DNA of 64,000 nt, from positions 32,001-96,000 of the IMG/VR virus record IMGVR_UViG_3300012953_000014. One strand, written 5' to 3'. The notes beneath the pieces are model-generated. The model was not told the origin of the DNA. It saw only the letters and a program-made list of their open reading frames with translations, and did not search any database. Shown in pieces: positions 39,257 to 49,435 of this stretch (position 1 is the first letter of the stretch; the number at the start of each line of letters is the position of its first letter). This stretch comes from a virus. Position numbers and translations under genes: made by a program.

Positions 39257-39463
39257 TTAGCCTTCTCTTTCCCGTTTTTCTTTTTGCTTAACCTTTTCAT
39301 TCTCCGAATCGCGGCGAGCTTGCTCTTCTCTTTTTACTTGAGATGGTTTTTTAAAATATCTCCTATCTAAGAACTCCTCAACTATTTTTTCTTTTTTTGT
39401 TTTTCTTATGAATCTTTTGATAAGGTTTTCAGATGATTCATTTTTTCTGCGTTTGACTTGCAT
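39257..39463 (-). CDS. rpsU: Ribosomal protein bS21 homolog
   Basis: MQVKRRKNESSENLIKRFIRKTKKEKIVEEFLDRRYFKKPSQVKR matches the bS21 pattern; 68 aa, AGAGG RBS. Confidence 0.85.
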   Translation of the reverse strand: MQVKRRKNESSENLIKRFIRKTKKEKIVEEFLDRRYFKKPSQVKREEQARRDSENEKVKQKEKREREG

Positions 39464-39471
39464 TTTTCCTC

Positions 39472-39894
39472 TTATTTTAATTGACCCCAAGCGTTGCCAG
39501 CAACGCTTAAGATGCCTGTGATATCAACCCCTGCATCACCTGGATCGCGATCTCTTAATGAGCTGTATTGAGAGTTTTCACCTTGTCGTGATTGGTGCAT
39601 GGGTTGGGTTCCTTCGAAAATTCCCTTTAAACCAGTTGAGTTTTCTAACTTCTTTTTTGATTCTTCAAGGTGTTTTTTAATTTCATTACTTGCACCTAGG
39701 TTTTCTCGAACTCTGTTAAAGTTTTGTTTAGGCTTTGATGATGCCTCTACAATAGTTTGGGTTGTATTTGTATTTCCTAATCCCTTAGCTACTTCTGAAA
39801 TAATACCTGAAAGTGTGCCATCTTCAAAGATGACTTCTTTGATGCATTCTTTAATAAGTGGTTTCAAAAGTTTTTTAAGTTCTGTTTTCTTCAT
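39472..39894 (-). CDS. Hypothetical head-module protein
   Basis: N-terminus MKKTELKKLLKPLIKECIKE. Confidence 0.65.
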   Translation of the reverse strand: MKKTELKKLLKPLIKECIKEVIFEDGTLSGIISEVAKGLGNTNTTQTIVEASSKPKQNFNRVRENLGASNEIKKHLEESKKKLENSTGLKGIFEGTQPMHQSRQGENSQYSSLRDRDPGDAGVDITGILSVAGNAWGQLK

Positions 39895-39896
39895 TG

Positions 39897-40952
39897 TTAC
39901 CTTCTTAACATATTCCTTAGTTGTTTATCAATTTGCAGTTGAGTTTCTGCAATCATCATTGTTTTGACAATTCTTTTTTGATTGTCGTCGATTTGTATAA
40001 CACCTTGCTCACTTAGATTGTATAAGTGGCGGAAGATGGTTTCGCTTTGAAATGCCGGTGTTGGGCCGGATAGCGGGCTTTGGCTTGGATTATATTGAGT
40101 TGTGTTTTTTTGGGGCACATCTTTTTTGTCATCTCGCTTCATATAAAAGACTTTCTCAGGAGTAACTTCAGGGGATAAATATCCACTATCCATCAAATAC
40201 TTGTAAATACTATTTGCTATCCCAGCGATTTTTTCTTTTTTGGCGTTGCCTAGCATACCAATAAGTTGTCCGATTTGCTTTTGAACATCTGAACTGGCTT
40301 GTTCAAGCAACAACCCTTCAACCTTTAGGTTGTTGATTTCTGTTAGTATTTCGTTTTTCATTTCTCTTTTAACAAGAGATGAGATAGATTCTTCGAGTTC
40401 TATGACATTATTTTCATTTAAAAAGTTGACAATTGTGTAAACAAATTTTCTTGATTCAAGATTTTCGTTTTGGAAGTTTATGACTTTGGCTCTTGTCAAG
40501 TCTCTTACTAGTTCGTTTCGGGCTTGACCGGGGGTAAGTTTTCCTGTTTTTAAGTTGATTAGGGTGGTAACAATGTCAACTTGATCTTCTTCTGGTAAAG
40601 TATCGACGGTTTGCTCTGTAGGTTCATCTGGTGAGGTCCCTAGGACTTTGTCGATTGTTCCCGCCTTGTTAAGGGCGGCTTCCAACATATCCAACGCTTT
40701 ATCAACTTCTCCCGATTGAACATTGTCGTCCTTTGCATATTGCACAAGCAGTTTGTATATACCTGCGATCCTTTGCAGTTCGCCTTTTTGGACACCTTGG
40801 AAGTCTTCTGGTTCTGACTTCTTTAGATCTTTCAAAAAATCTGAAGCTTTAATTGCTTTTAGCCTTTGGAGCCACCCTCTAATATCTATTTCGCTTAAGG
40901 ATTCAGCCTCTTCTTGTATCAGGCTTTCAAGGTTTTGTTTTGAAAGTTTCAT
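39897..40952 (-). CDS. Putative internal head protein
   Basis: Leader MKLSKQNLESLIQEE; adjacent to the protease gene. Confidence 0.55.
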   Translation of the reverse strand: MKLSKQNLESLIQEEAESLSEIDIRGWLQRLKAIKASDFLKDLKKSEPEDFQGVQKGELQRIAGIYKLLVQYAKDDNVQSGEVDKALDMLEAALNKAGTIDKVLGTSPDEPTEQTVDTLPEEDQVDIVTTLINLKTGKLTPGQARNELVRDLTRAKVINFQNENLESRKFVYTIVNFLNENNVIELEESISSLVKREMKNEILTEINNLKVEGLLLEQASSDVQKQIGQLIGMLGNAKKEKIAGIANSIYKYLMDSGYLSPEVTPEKVFYMKRDDKKDVPQKNTTQYNPSQSPLSGPTPAFQSETIFRHLYNLSEQGVIQIDDNQKRIVKTMMIAETQLQIDKQLRNMLRR

Positions 40953-40956
40953 AAAT

Positions 40957-41562
40957 TTATTTTTCCTTCAAAATATCATTCAACATTCTATTGATACGAT
41001 CTGCTTTTGAATAGATTTGTTTTTGTTTTGATTCTGTCATCGACATGTAAGCACCTTGAGTTGAGGGCTCTGATACAATATCAAAACAAATGAGTTGGAA
41101 ATCATCTTCAACGAGAGTTTGCCCCTGTTGTTCGACGACCGAGCCAAGACCACGAGATGAAATACCAAGTGTAACTCCATCATTAATGAGAGACTTTAGG
41201 ATGTTCCCGGATGGCGTAGTTAATACTTTAATCTTACCCATTAAATCTTGACCTTCCCACCACAATGAAGTGACCATGTGAGAAGCATTTTTTAAGTTCA
41301 CTACAGAGTCTTCAGGGTGATCAAGCTCTCCGCAAGAGCGATATTCTTTTACCGACTTCATATAGTTCTCAACTTCTCTTTTTAGGATATCCATAGGATA
41401 AACTCTACCATTTCCATTCTTAGCATCTGCACGCTGCATCACGCCTGTAAGAAAAATTGTACCACTTTTTACTTGAATCTTTTCCTCTTCGGTTAAAAGA
41501 TCTTGGCAAATGCCGCCTGGACAAAGTTCATAATATTCTCTTAAAAGATATTTGTTACTCAT
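40957..41562 (-). CDS. Prohead protease (gp21-like)
   Basis: NGNGRVYP, GELDHP, SH, GISSRGLGS, DIVSEPS. Confidence 0.93.
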   Translation of the reverse strand: MSNKYLLREYYELCPGGICQDLLTEEEKIQVKSGTIFLTGVMQRADAKNGNGRVYPMDILKREVENYMKSVKEYRSCGELDHPEDSVVNLKNASHMVTSLWWEGQDLMGKIKVLTTPSGNILKSLINDGVTLGISSRGLGSVVEQQGQTLVEDDFQLICFDIVSEPSTQGAYMSMTESKQKQIYSKADRINRMLNDILKEK

Positions 41563-42271
41563 CGTTTTTGTCCTCTGCTATTGAGGTGACTCTGCGGCGG
41601 GGGTCTGTTTTAATGGTGGTCGTTCGACCACGTCGAGGAACAACATAGCCGATTTCTTTTCCGCGAGCACCAAGAGATTTTTCTAATGATCTTATTTCTT
41701 CAGAGACTGCAATAACCGCACTGGTCAGATCATTCCTTTTTCGATCATCTGCTAACTCATTAATGTAAGAAGTTATTTTCGCTAAAGCTTGTGCGATCTC
41801 TTCTTTAACTTCATTTATGTTTTTAGTTGGGGTTGCGGATTGTTCCTCATACAGTGAAGTTTTTAACTCATTTCTTACTATTTCTTGAGCTGCCTCGATC
41901 GCACTTTTATCAGATGGATTTGCCAACGCAGTGGAAATCAACATCAAATCTGTATCATTCATCACTGTTTTGTTTTTATCAGATTGTGACATATAGTTGC
42001 CGAAATCGACATCTTTACCACTTAAAATCTGTTGAATTAAACTATAAGAATCATTTAGCAAAGAGTTAACAATCTCTACACCTTTATGCGTAGACTCATT
42101 GTCGTTGTCAATATTCGTATGCTGCATGACCACATCAATGGCTTTATCGAGAGCTTGACTGACTGCTCTTAAAGTTCCAGTGTCCTCTGGTGTGAGTCTT
42201 TCGTTTTCTTTTAAGACAGACTCCAGTTCTTCTCTAATAATCTTTACAATATTGCTTTTGCTAAACTTCAT
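41555..42271 (-). CDS. Putative internal head protein
   Basis: Leader MKFSKSNIVKIIREELE. Confidence 0.55.
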   Translation of the reverse strand: MKFSKSNIVKIIREELESVLKENERLTPEDTGTLRAVSQALDKAIDVVMQHTNIDNDNESTHKGVEIVNSLLNDSYSLIQQILSGKDVDFGNYMSQSDKNKTVMNDTDLMLISTALANPSDKSAIEAAQEIVRNELKTSLYEEQSATPTKNINEVKEEIAQALAKITSYINELADDRKRNDLTSAVIAVSEEIRSLEKSLGARGKEIGYVVPRRGRTTTIKTDPRRRVTSIAEDKNDE

Positions 42272-42314
42272 GTTATTGTTCCTTATAAATAGTTGCGGGC
42301 GCTACCCGCACGAG

Positions 42315-42386
42315 TCAACAGCCTGACTTACATCGTCGAACTGGACGAAGCATTCGCTTTTTAGTTGTCCATACACCTTCAAACAT
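42315..42386 (-). CDS. Putative 23-aa basic peptide MFEGVWTTKKRMLRPVRRCKSGC
   Basis: AGGAG 8 nt upstream of the ATG; overlaps the upstream stop; fills the gap. Confidence 0.45.
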   Translation of the reverse strand: MFEGVWTTKKRMLRPVRRCKSGC

Positions 42387-42699
42387 TGTCATTGCTCCTG
42401 TTAACAAGATTTATTCCTTCATCTCCGAAAATCATACTTAAAATATATGACGTTCCAGATCCAAGGCACCCCAATAAAAATGCACTAGATATGGAATATT
42501 CATAGGTAAATAGTTCTGTAAAGTCGTTTATTGCCCACAAAAAGATTCCAATCCAAAAGCCCATACACATAGGGCAATGAAATAGTTTGCCAAAACCTGA
42601 TAGCCAGTCTTTTGATGGTCGAATGTTATCGAAAATACTTCCGTAAACTAAAATTTGAGTAAGACCATATCCACAGAGGATAAAATAGGTTAGCTCCAT
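42379..42699 (-). CDS. Small membrane protein with CxxC (DUF1360-like)
   Basis: Three hydrophobic segments, LFHCPMCMGFW. Confidence 0.6.
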   Translation of the reverse strand: MELTYFILCGYGLTQILVYGSIFDNIRPSKDWLSGFGKLFHCPMCMGFWIGIFLWAINDFTELFTYEYSISSAFLLGCLGSGTSYILSMIFGDEGINLVNRSNDNV

Positions 42700-43253
42700 T
42701 AATATTGTCCGTAACCACTTAAGTATTTTCGGACTTTATCTGGACCTAATGAGCCCTTTTTTGGCTCTTGCGGGACTTCACCAAGTTCAGTAGAGTCTTC
42801 TGCCGTTGGATCTATTAGATGATTTTCCATTTCATCATCAAGATATTGCATCATATCAAGTTGAGGTTTGTTTTCAAGAATAAACTTTGATGTCGATAAG
42901 ATAACAACTTGTGTTGAGTTTATTGATTCATCAGCAGACTCAGGATAATCTCCCTGTAAGCTGCCATAGACATTGCCCGATATAACACTCTCTGGTTTTA
43001 CAACACCCTCTTTTACCAAATACTTAAAATAGCTATTTTGATATTGGTATGTTTCGTCATTGATTTGTTCTTTCGGGAAGGTTAAAACTTTTTTGGATGC
43101 TGTGTCAAGAATAATATCAAAAAACATATGATCCAGTATCATTATTTTCCCATCAAGAGTTTTTCTTATATCAAGAGATACACTTATATCTTTTTGCTCT
43201 TCGACTGGTTTTTGTTCTGGACCATCTGGTTCAATATTAATCTTGATTGACAT
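42699..43253 (-). CDS. Hypothetical protein
   Basis: 184-aa ORF in the head operon. Confidence 0.65.
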   Translation of the reverse strand: MSIKINIEPDGPEQKPVEEQKDISVSLDIRKTLDGKIMILDHMFFDIILDTASKKVLTFPKEQINDETYQYQNSYFKYLVKEGVVKPESVISGNVYGSLQGDYPESADESINSTQVVILSTSKFILENKPQLDMMQYLDDEMENHLIDPTAEDSTELGEVPQEPKKGSLGPDKVRKYLSGYGQY

Positions 43254-44070
43254 GATTGTTTATTTCCTGTACTAGTTCTTGTATCTTAATTACTTCCTCA
43301 ACCATCTTTTGGTCCGGTGCTTTGTTTTTATATGACTCTAAAAGACCAATAACATTTTTCGCGTTGTTGTGCATGTCTTCATCATCAACGAACTCTGGGT
43401 TATCTAAAGAGGATTTTATGCTACTTTTAAGTCTACCAACCTCTTCATTTAAGTAAGTCGACAATTCAATTCCGTTATTATAAAAAGAAGTTACGAATTT
43501 GTTCAATAGTGTTTTTTGTTCTGGTAATAACTTACTTCCATATTCGTTATTAAACCTTTGAGCAAACGATTTAAAAACCAGGTTATCCATTGGTACCATT
43601 TCGTTCGTTTGATCTTGTTCTGTCATGTTTTTAATGATTTCGTTCTCCAAAAGAACCTTTGATTTGACTGAAATCCTTTGATTAAAAATCTGGCTAATCG
43701 AGGCAAGATCTTTGTAGTTTGGAACAAAATTTGAAAATGCATCGTCGGTCATCATTTTTTTTATTTTACGAACGAGTTTGTTTTGTTCCGAAACCAATTG
43801 TTTTTTATCAATCTCTTTGTGTCTTGATTTGACCTCATTGATAATTTTTTCTGCGATGTGGACTTTAATACCTTTTGAGCGAGAAATGGCCCTGTAAAGC
43901 TTAAGCTCTCTATACATCATCGACTCTCTTGAGAAAGATTCTTTAATGGCTTTGGTTAGGCTTTCTTTTAGTTTCAAATCTTTATTGATTATTGATTTTG
44001 TTAACTCTTGAACCAACACCTCATAAAGAAACGCACTATTTCGTTTTTTGTTATGTTTAAACTTTATCAT
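43237..44070 (-). CDS. Hypothetical head-module protein following the portal
   Basis: Probable start MIKFKHNKKRN; helical. Confidence 0.65.
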   Translation of the reverse strand: MIKFKHNKKRNSAFLYEVLVQELTKSIINKDLKLKESLTKAIKESFSRESMMYRELKLYRAISRSKGIKVHIAEKIINEVKSRHKEIDKKQLVSEQNKLVRKIKKMMTDDAFSNFVPNYKDLASISQIFNQRISVKSKVLLENEIIKNMTEQDQTNEMVPMDNLVFKSFAQRFNNEYGSKLLPEQKTLLNKFVTSFYNNGIELSTYLNEEVGRLKSSIKSSLDNPEFVDDEDMHNNAKNVIGLLESYKNKAPDQKMVEEVIKIQELVQEINNHVNQD

Positions 44071-46030
44071 TTTTCTTCTCTTTATTTCCCTTTTTTTCAA
44101 GATTTTGAATTATCTTTTGAATTTCAATATCATTTTCCAACACTCTCATCTCTTCTAAGTGAGACTTGTTTTCATAATTAGTTTCTAAATTTTCATAAAT
44201 ACCGTTGGTAAGTCCTTTAAGACCTTCTAACCCAGGATGAATGTTTCTTGTTGTATTTTTTCCCTTTTCTTCGGAATATTTAGACTTATAACTTCTTTTA
44301 CGAGCGCCCATGTTTCTCTTATCAGATTTTACAGGGGTATATTTTTTGCCTTTGGCACCGGGAGTTGTGTATGAATCTTTATCTGGTTTTTTCCAGCTAA
44401 ACTCATTTCTCTTACCCGGAGTTGCCAGTAGAGTTTCTTCTTCGCCCGCAGCAGCAGTGTCTCCTGTATCGGCGTCACCAGCATCATCAGTGTCGCCAGC
44501 GTCGGCTCCAGTGTCACCACCGAACAAGTCATCCCCACCGCCAGTTGCGGTGGTGCCCATGCCGCCCTCATCGGTTGCGGCTGCAATGTCTAACATGCCA
44601 TCAAGCTGCCTATCGTAAAACATTTCTCTTTGATTGCGAACAACTTCTTCATCAGAGAGATCAAAAATGTTTTTAGCAACCCATCTACGACTGAAAAATC
44701 CATCAGTTGCAGAGGAACCGATTTCGAACTTTGTTCTCCAATGTTCAAGCTCTTGAAGTTCCATAATTTTTGAAGGAGAGTTTAAACTGAGGCCGAAAGA
44801 AACCAAGTCTTTTCCAGTATAACCAAGAGTGTATAGATGGATAACTGCCATTTTTTCTAACTCTGAAACCATGCTTCTCTGCAACCTCATAATGGTTCTG
44901 GCGAATCTAATGTCTTTTTGAGCAAGGGTTGTCTTATCTTCTGAACCTTCTTCTCCCTGTGTTAAGTAAGAAGGTGGAACTTTCAAGGCAGAAAACAATT
45001 TATCGCGAAGATATTTTACATCATCAATATCTCCAGTATAAGTTCCACCGGGCAAAGACTCGATTCGTGTTCCCGCTTGCCCTCCACGGACAGGAATAAA
45101 ATAATCTTCATCAACAGACATTGGGTTGTATCTTAAATCAACCCGGCCCGTATCTTGTGAAATAACTTGATTTCTCTTCATTTGGGTGACGATTCTTTGC
45201 ATGTGTTGCTCGACATCGTTTTCGGGGATACCACCAACGTCGATATAAAAGACTCGCCTTTCTGGTGAGCGAACGACACGGTAAGCCATCATAGCATCTT
45301 CAAGTAGAGTAAGTTGTCTCCAAATCCTTCGTGATGACTCTAAGGCAGAACTTCCATACGGGGCATACTTATCGTTTCCTAAAATACGAAAATGAGCAAT
45401 CTGCCAGTTTTCAAATGTTAAGCCACCGCTATTCCACTGAAACTGTACATAACTTGGATTTGTTTTGTCTTCACCTTCAAGGCGTTCTACTTCTGAGGTT
45501 GGCAAACCAATAACGGACTTAAGTCCCAACTTTTCATCAACATCCAAATAAAGAAAATAGTCTCCGTATTTACACAGCGATCGACACCAGCCGAACAGAT
45601 TAAACTCAATGTTTAGTGTGCTATAAAAAAGAGTATTCAAGATTTCTTTGATTTCTTCATTTGGACAGCTTATGTTAAGAAGGCTTTGTAACGGCGAAGA
45701 CACAGTCATTTCGTCAGCATAAATATCTAACGCAGAGGCGATTTCAGGCATATACTCCATTTGATCGAAGTCAACATAACGCTCTGCTCTTGCCATGTTT
45801 GCGCTGGCGTTGCCGAATGCATTATCAAATGCGCCCATTCCATAAGAAGATTTTTTAAAACTAAGGCCACCAGCAGATTGAAATTTGTATTTGTCAAGTT
45901 GCCATCTTTTAAGTTGTCTTGGGTTCTGTCTTTGATGAGTAGTCAGCGGACCAGAAAGCAATCTTGTCAATGCTTTAAACAGAAGTGAGTCTGGGTTTCT
46001 ATTATTATTTTTGTTATTGTTGTTTGCCAT
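44057..46030 (-). CDS. Portal protein (gp20-like)
   Basis: EIASALDIYADE, LLEDAMMAYR..RSPERRVFYIDVG, EDYFIP.RG, IESLPGG, ALKVP. Confidence 0.95.
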   Translation of the reverse strand: MANNNNKNNNRNPDSLLFKALTRLLSGPLTTHQRQNPRQLKRWQLDKYKFQSAGGLSFKKSSYGMGAFDNAFGNASANMARAERYVDFDQMEYMPEIASALDIYADEMTVSSPLQSLLNISCPNEEIKEILNTLFYSTLNIEFNLFGWCRSLCKYGDYFLYLDVDEKLGLKSVIGLPTSEVERLEGEDKTNPSYVQFQWNSGGLTFENWQIAHFRILGNDKYAPYGSSALESSRRIWRQLTLLEDAMMAYRVVRSPERRVFYIDVGGIPENDVEQHMQRIVTQMKRNQVISQDTGRVDLRYNPMSVDEDYFIPVRGGQAGTRIESLPGGTYTGDIDDVKYLRDKLFSALKVPPSYLTQGEEGSEDKTTLAQKDIRFARTIMRLQRSMVSELEKMAVIHLYTLGYTGKDLVSFGLSLNSPSKIMELQELEHWRTKFEIGSSATDGFFSRRWVAKNIFDLSDEEVVRNQREMFYDRQLDGMLDIAAATDEGGMGTTATGGGDDLFGGDTGADAGDTDDAGDADTGDTAAAGEEETLLATPGKRNEFSWKKPDKDSYTTPGAKGKKYTPVKSDKRNMGARKRSYKSKYSEEKGKNTTRNIHPGLEGLKGLTNGIYENLETNYENKSHLEEMRVLENDIEIQKIIQNLEKKGNKEKKNDKV

Positions 46031-46033
46031 TGT

Positions 46034-47623
46034 TTATCCTTTTATCAACCATCCAAAATTTGTATAATCTTCTTTGGCTTTGTCCATTTTATCAAGACTT
46101 TGGTCTTTTTTGTAGCCATGCATACCAGGAATTGTAGTATTAATCTGAGTATTTGTAAAAATCATTGAATTTAGGAATGCTTTTTTGTACTTTAAGTCTC
46201 TTGTATTTTCTTCTAATACGGTATCCCTTACCCAAACAGCGATAGATAGTGACATTACTAAATCATCATTATATCCACGTTGAGCCTCGGGTCTTCCGTT
46301 TTTCCAAACAAAAGTCTTCAATTCCTGATAAGACCTTATAGAATTTATATTAATTAGTTCGTTTCGTATGAACTCTTCCAGTTTTGCAACTATGAGCGGT
46401 CTTGTCTTTTGGGAGGTGGTAAAACCTGGAATAGAGTTTGACATATGTTCTGCTTGGTGTTGTTCGATGTATTCGTGGCTTCCCTTGGTCGAATAATATA
46501 AATTTGGATAGCCTGCATCAATGAGTTTTTCTAATACCGAATAGCCAATATTATTGTTTTCAACCACCAACATTGCATCGCCATATTCTTTTCCCGCGTC
46601 AAATAATATTCTTGAAAACATATCTGTTGTTGGCTTGCCGCGATATTCAGCCACTTGTTCCATTGTTTTTGTATTGAAGATATGAAAAACTGAATAATCA
46701 TTACCGTCACCGCGAGCGACATCGCCAACGAGCAGGTATTTGTTTTCAGGATCATACTCTTCCCAAATCCAAAAGTTTCTGTCAAACCCTGTTTGATGTT
46801 TTGGATCAGAACACAAACTTTCAATTTTGTTTAAATTGTCTGGATGTATTACAGTTTCGCCTGAAGCATTAAAGTTACATTCATACTCTTGTGCCACTCT
46901 TCTTCTTGAAAGATTTTTTGTTGTGTCATCGAACCATTTTTGATCTCTTTCTGGGTGTAACGTCCAATGTAGGCGAGTTGGGTGAAAATCATTTTCTCCG
47001 CTTTCTGCTGATATATATGTTTTATGAAACCAGTTGCCTACACCGTTTGGGGAAGAAAGAGCAATGCATCGACCGCCTGCTGCCATTGTAGGTTGAAGCG
47101 CCGTCCAGAGATCATCAAAGCCTTCAATATGAGCAGCCTCGTCGATTACCAATAATGACAGAGCTTCTGAACGACCGGCATCTGCTGATGTCGAGGATGC
47201 CTTGATTTCCGATCCGTTATTCAAAACAAACGAGGAACGGTTGTCGATTGCGATTTGAGCCAACTGATCAAACCAAGGGGGCAATAACTTAATCATTGCT
47301 TTAACTTTTTTAACTAAGTTGGCGGCGGTGCTGAACTTTGTCGCAATAACTAATATGTTCTTGTCTCTATGGAACAACATCATCCATGAAACGTATGCAG
47401 CTGATATTGTTGAGATTCCCATTTGACGGGATTTCAAAATAACATTATTGCGATAATCGTTAAACTTATGCAACAGATCTTGTTGAAAGTCCCAAGTTTT
47501 AAATGATATTTGTCCGCGAGTAGGGTGAGCTATCTTACAGTAGTTATCAATAAAATATACAGGATCTTTGCCGCATTTGACGATCTCTTTAACGAGATCT
47601 TTTTTTGATAGATATTGCGACAT
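46034..47623 (-). CDS. terL: Terminase large subunit (gp17-like)
   Basis: KSRQMGIST, LLVIDEAA, SSPNG, QEYECNF, DVARGDG.D, NDDLVMS. Confidence 0.95.
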   Translation of the reverse strand: MSQYLSKKDLVKEIVKCGKDPVYFIDNYCKIAHPTRGQISFKTWDFQQDLLHKFNDYRNNVILKSRQMGISTISAAYVSWMMLFHRDKNILVIATKFSTAANLVKKVKAMIKLLPPWFDQLAQIAIDNRSSFVLNNGSEIKASSTSADAGRSEALSLLVIDEAAHIEGFDDLWTALQPTMAAGGRCIALSSPNGVGNWFHKTYISAESGENDFHPTRLHWTLHPERDQKWFDDTTKNLSRRRVAQEYECNFNASGETVIHPDNLNKIESLCSDPKHQTGFDRNFWIWEEYDPENKYLLVGDVARGDGNDYSVFHIFNTKTMEQVAEYRGKPTTDMFSRILFDAGKEYGDAMLVVENNNIGYSVLEKLIDAGYPNLYYSTKGSHEYIEQHQAEHMSNSIPGFTTSQKTRPLIVAKLEEFIRNELININSIRSYQELKTFVWKNGRPEAQRGYNDDLVMSLSIAVWVRDTVLEENTRDLKYKKAFLNSMIFTNTQINTTIPGMHGYKKDQSLDKMDKAKEDYTNFGWLIKG

Positions 47624-47632
47624 ACATGTTAA

Positions 47633-48253
47633 TTAGCCTCTCGGCTCCTCATCGCGCTTTCCTTTGACGTTTTGTGGCTTTTTAGTACCAGGATATTGTT
47701 TTAAGCCTTGTAGTGGTGTAACATTGTATCTGCTGTTTGCTTTGTCAGTTTTGCCCATTCCAAGCCAACTTTTGATAGAGTTATCAAGCCTTTCTTCCAC
47801 AGATGTGCCAAGCTCTGGTTCAGCAGGTATACCACCGATTTCATATTTACAATCTGCTTGGACCCAAGAGCGGACCTTACTCATACTTTGAACAAGCACA
47901 TTTGGTTCTTTGCTTAACTTCTTAAGAGTAAGAGTGTTTCCGGTGATCTTTTTATATTCTTTCTTAAGAAACGAAATAATGTCAGCCATCATCTGATCAA
48001 TCTCACCTTCGAAATCTCCGCGATGAACGTCTTTTAATAAAATTTCACCATGATACTTAACAGTCATTGTGTTGCCTGACAGAAGGACATTGAAACCATC
48101 CATGACTCTTTTATCCAAAATGGGATCACCTTCCTCTCGTTTGAGGCCGACCTTGATTGGTTCTCCGTTCTCATCTAGTGCTCCATCGTATGCATTCGCG
48201 GCGGCTTGGGAAATGCCGTTTACGATGTCTAAGATATTATTTTTTTCTGCCAT
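47633..48253 (-). CDS. Hypothetical protein
   Basis: 206-aa ORF with GAGG RBS. Confidence 0.7.
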   Translation of the reverse strand: MAEKNNILDIVNGISQAAANAYDGALDENGEPIKVGLKREEGDPILDKRVMDGFNVLLSGNTMTVKYHGEILLKDVHRGDFEGEIDQMMADIISFLKKEYKKITGNTLTLKKLSKEPNVLVQSMSKVRSWVQADCKYEIGGIPAEPELGTSVEERLDNSIKSWLGMGKTDKANSRYNVTPLQGLKQYPGTKKPQNVKGKRDEEPRG

Positions 48254-48256
48254 TTG

Positions 48257-48625
48257 TTATTCCTCTTGTTCCAAGTTTAGTTTTTCGAACCACTTTTCTT
48301 CTCTGTCTTCAACATATTCAACATAACATTTGTAACAGCATTTAAACTTGGCCATATATAAATCATCTTTCATTTCGAAAGAATATTTTTTACACGAAGG
48401 ACAAGTGCGATTTGATTCTTTATTAAATAGTTTCTTGGGCATTAAAATGCCATCAACCTCTACTTTCTCTTTTGGTCTGCGAGTTTTAGCTATCTTTTTA
48501 ATCTGATTCAGATATTCTTTTTCTTTCTCTTCGTCCCAATTTGCTTTTGGGTTTTGAATAGCATCTTCACCATATTTATCTAAAATAGCTTTTTCAACTT
48601 TTATTAAATGATTTGGGTCTTTCAT
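48257..48625 (-). CDS. Hypothetical Zn-finger protein
   Basis: CPSC..CYKC. Confidence 0.6.
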   Translation of the reverse strand: MKDPNHLIKVEKAILDKYGEDAIQNPKANWDEEKEKEYLNQIKKIAKTRRPKEKVEVDGILMPKKLFNKESNRTCPSCKKYSFEMKDDLYMAKFKCCYKCYVEYVEDREEKWFEKLNLEQEE

Positions 48626-49071
48626 TTTGCTACTTCAACCGCTGCGAAAAATATAGCAATGGAAGTAACGGTTCCAATACCAAAACCAATTACAGCCCAT
48701 AGAGTATTGTCAGTTCCTTTTGCCAAGTTTCGTAGTGTCTCGATCTCTTCCTTCTGTGCTTGGATTATCAGATTGTTCTTGTGCTTTTCGATCTTTAACT
48801 CTGATTTTAACAGGCTTGTGTCTCTTTCACACTTAGCCCCCAACAAGTCCTTCTGGTGGCTTACTTTGAGATTACATTGTTTTTCTGCCAGTTTTCTTTC
48901 TGTCAATATTTTGGCAACTGCAACAGGATCAAAAATAGTCCCATCAAAGGGAGCAGGATCTCCCTCGTTTAGAAAAGTAAACTTTCCAGTTGTACTTGTA
49001 GATGTTTGTGCGTATGAAGTTGACGAAACAAGCGTCAGGCTAATCAGAACTATCGCTATCTTTTTTAACAT
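48622..49071 (-). CDS. Exported protein with a C-terminal TM segment (spanin-like candidate)
   Basis: Signal peptide ending SYA, coiled coil, C-terminal hydrophobic helix. Confidence 0.5.
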   Translation of the reverse strand: MLKKIAIVLISLTLVSSTSYAQTSTSTTGKFTFLNEGDPAPFDGTIFDPVAVAKILTERKLAEKQCNLKVSHQKDLLGAKCERDTSLLKSELKIEKHKNNLIIQAQKEEIETLRNLAKGTDNTLWAVIGFGIGTVTSIAIFFAAVEVAK

Positions 49072-49435
49072 GTGTTAAGTTGAGAACCTTAGAAATTTCT
49101 AAAGACATTTCTTTAGGATTATTATAATGCTTTTCGACAAGTTTTTTAATCTCTTTTTTCGTTTCTTGACGAATTTCTTTTTGTTGTTTCTTGTGAGCAT
49201 TCTCTAAAGCTCCAACAACTCTGCTATATTCTTTATCTATTTCTTTCTTTTCAGCTTTCTTTTTAGCTTCTGCTTCCGAGATTGCTGCTTTCTGTTTCTG
49301 TTCTGATTTTTCTTGTGCATCGGAGATTTTTTCAGCAGTGTTTGAGCGGCTTTTTAATATAACACCAATCAATGCCACAATAGGAAGATACCAATGTGTT
49401 TTCAAAAAAGCCCAGATTTTTTTCAGTGCGCTCAT
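49040..49435 (-). CDS. N-anchored coiled-coil membrane protein (i-spanin-like candidate)
   Basis: N-terminal TM followed by a Lys/Glu coiled coil; overlaps the next gene. Confidence 0.5.
   Translation of the reverse strand: MSALKKIWAFLKTHWYLPIVALIGVILKSRSNTAEKISDAQEKSEQKQKAAISEAEAKKKAEKKEIDKEYSRVVGALENAHKKQQKEIRQETKKEIKKLVEKHYNNPKEMSLEISKVLNLTHVKKDSDSSD

Noticed and set aside
47633-48625. Small terminase assignment for the genes upstream of terL
   Set aside because: Supported by position only; no recognisable gp16 motifs
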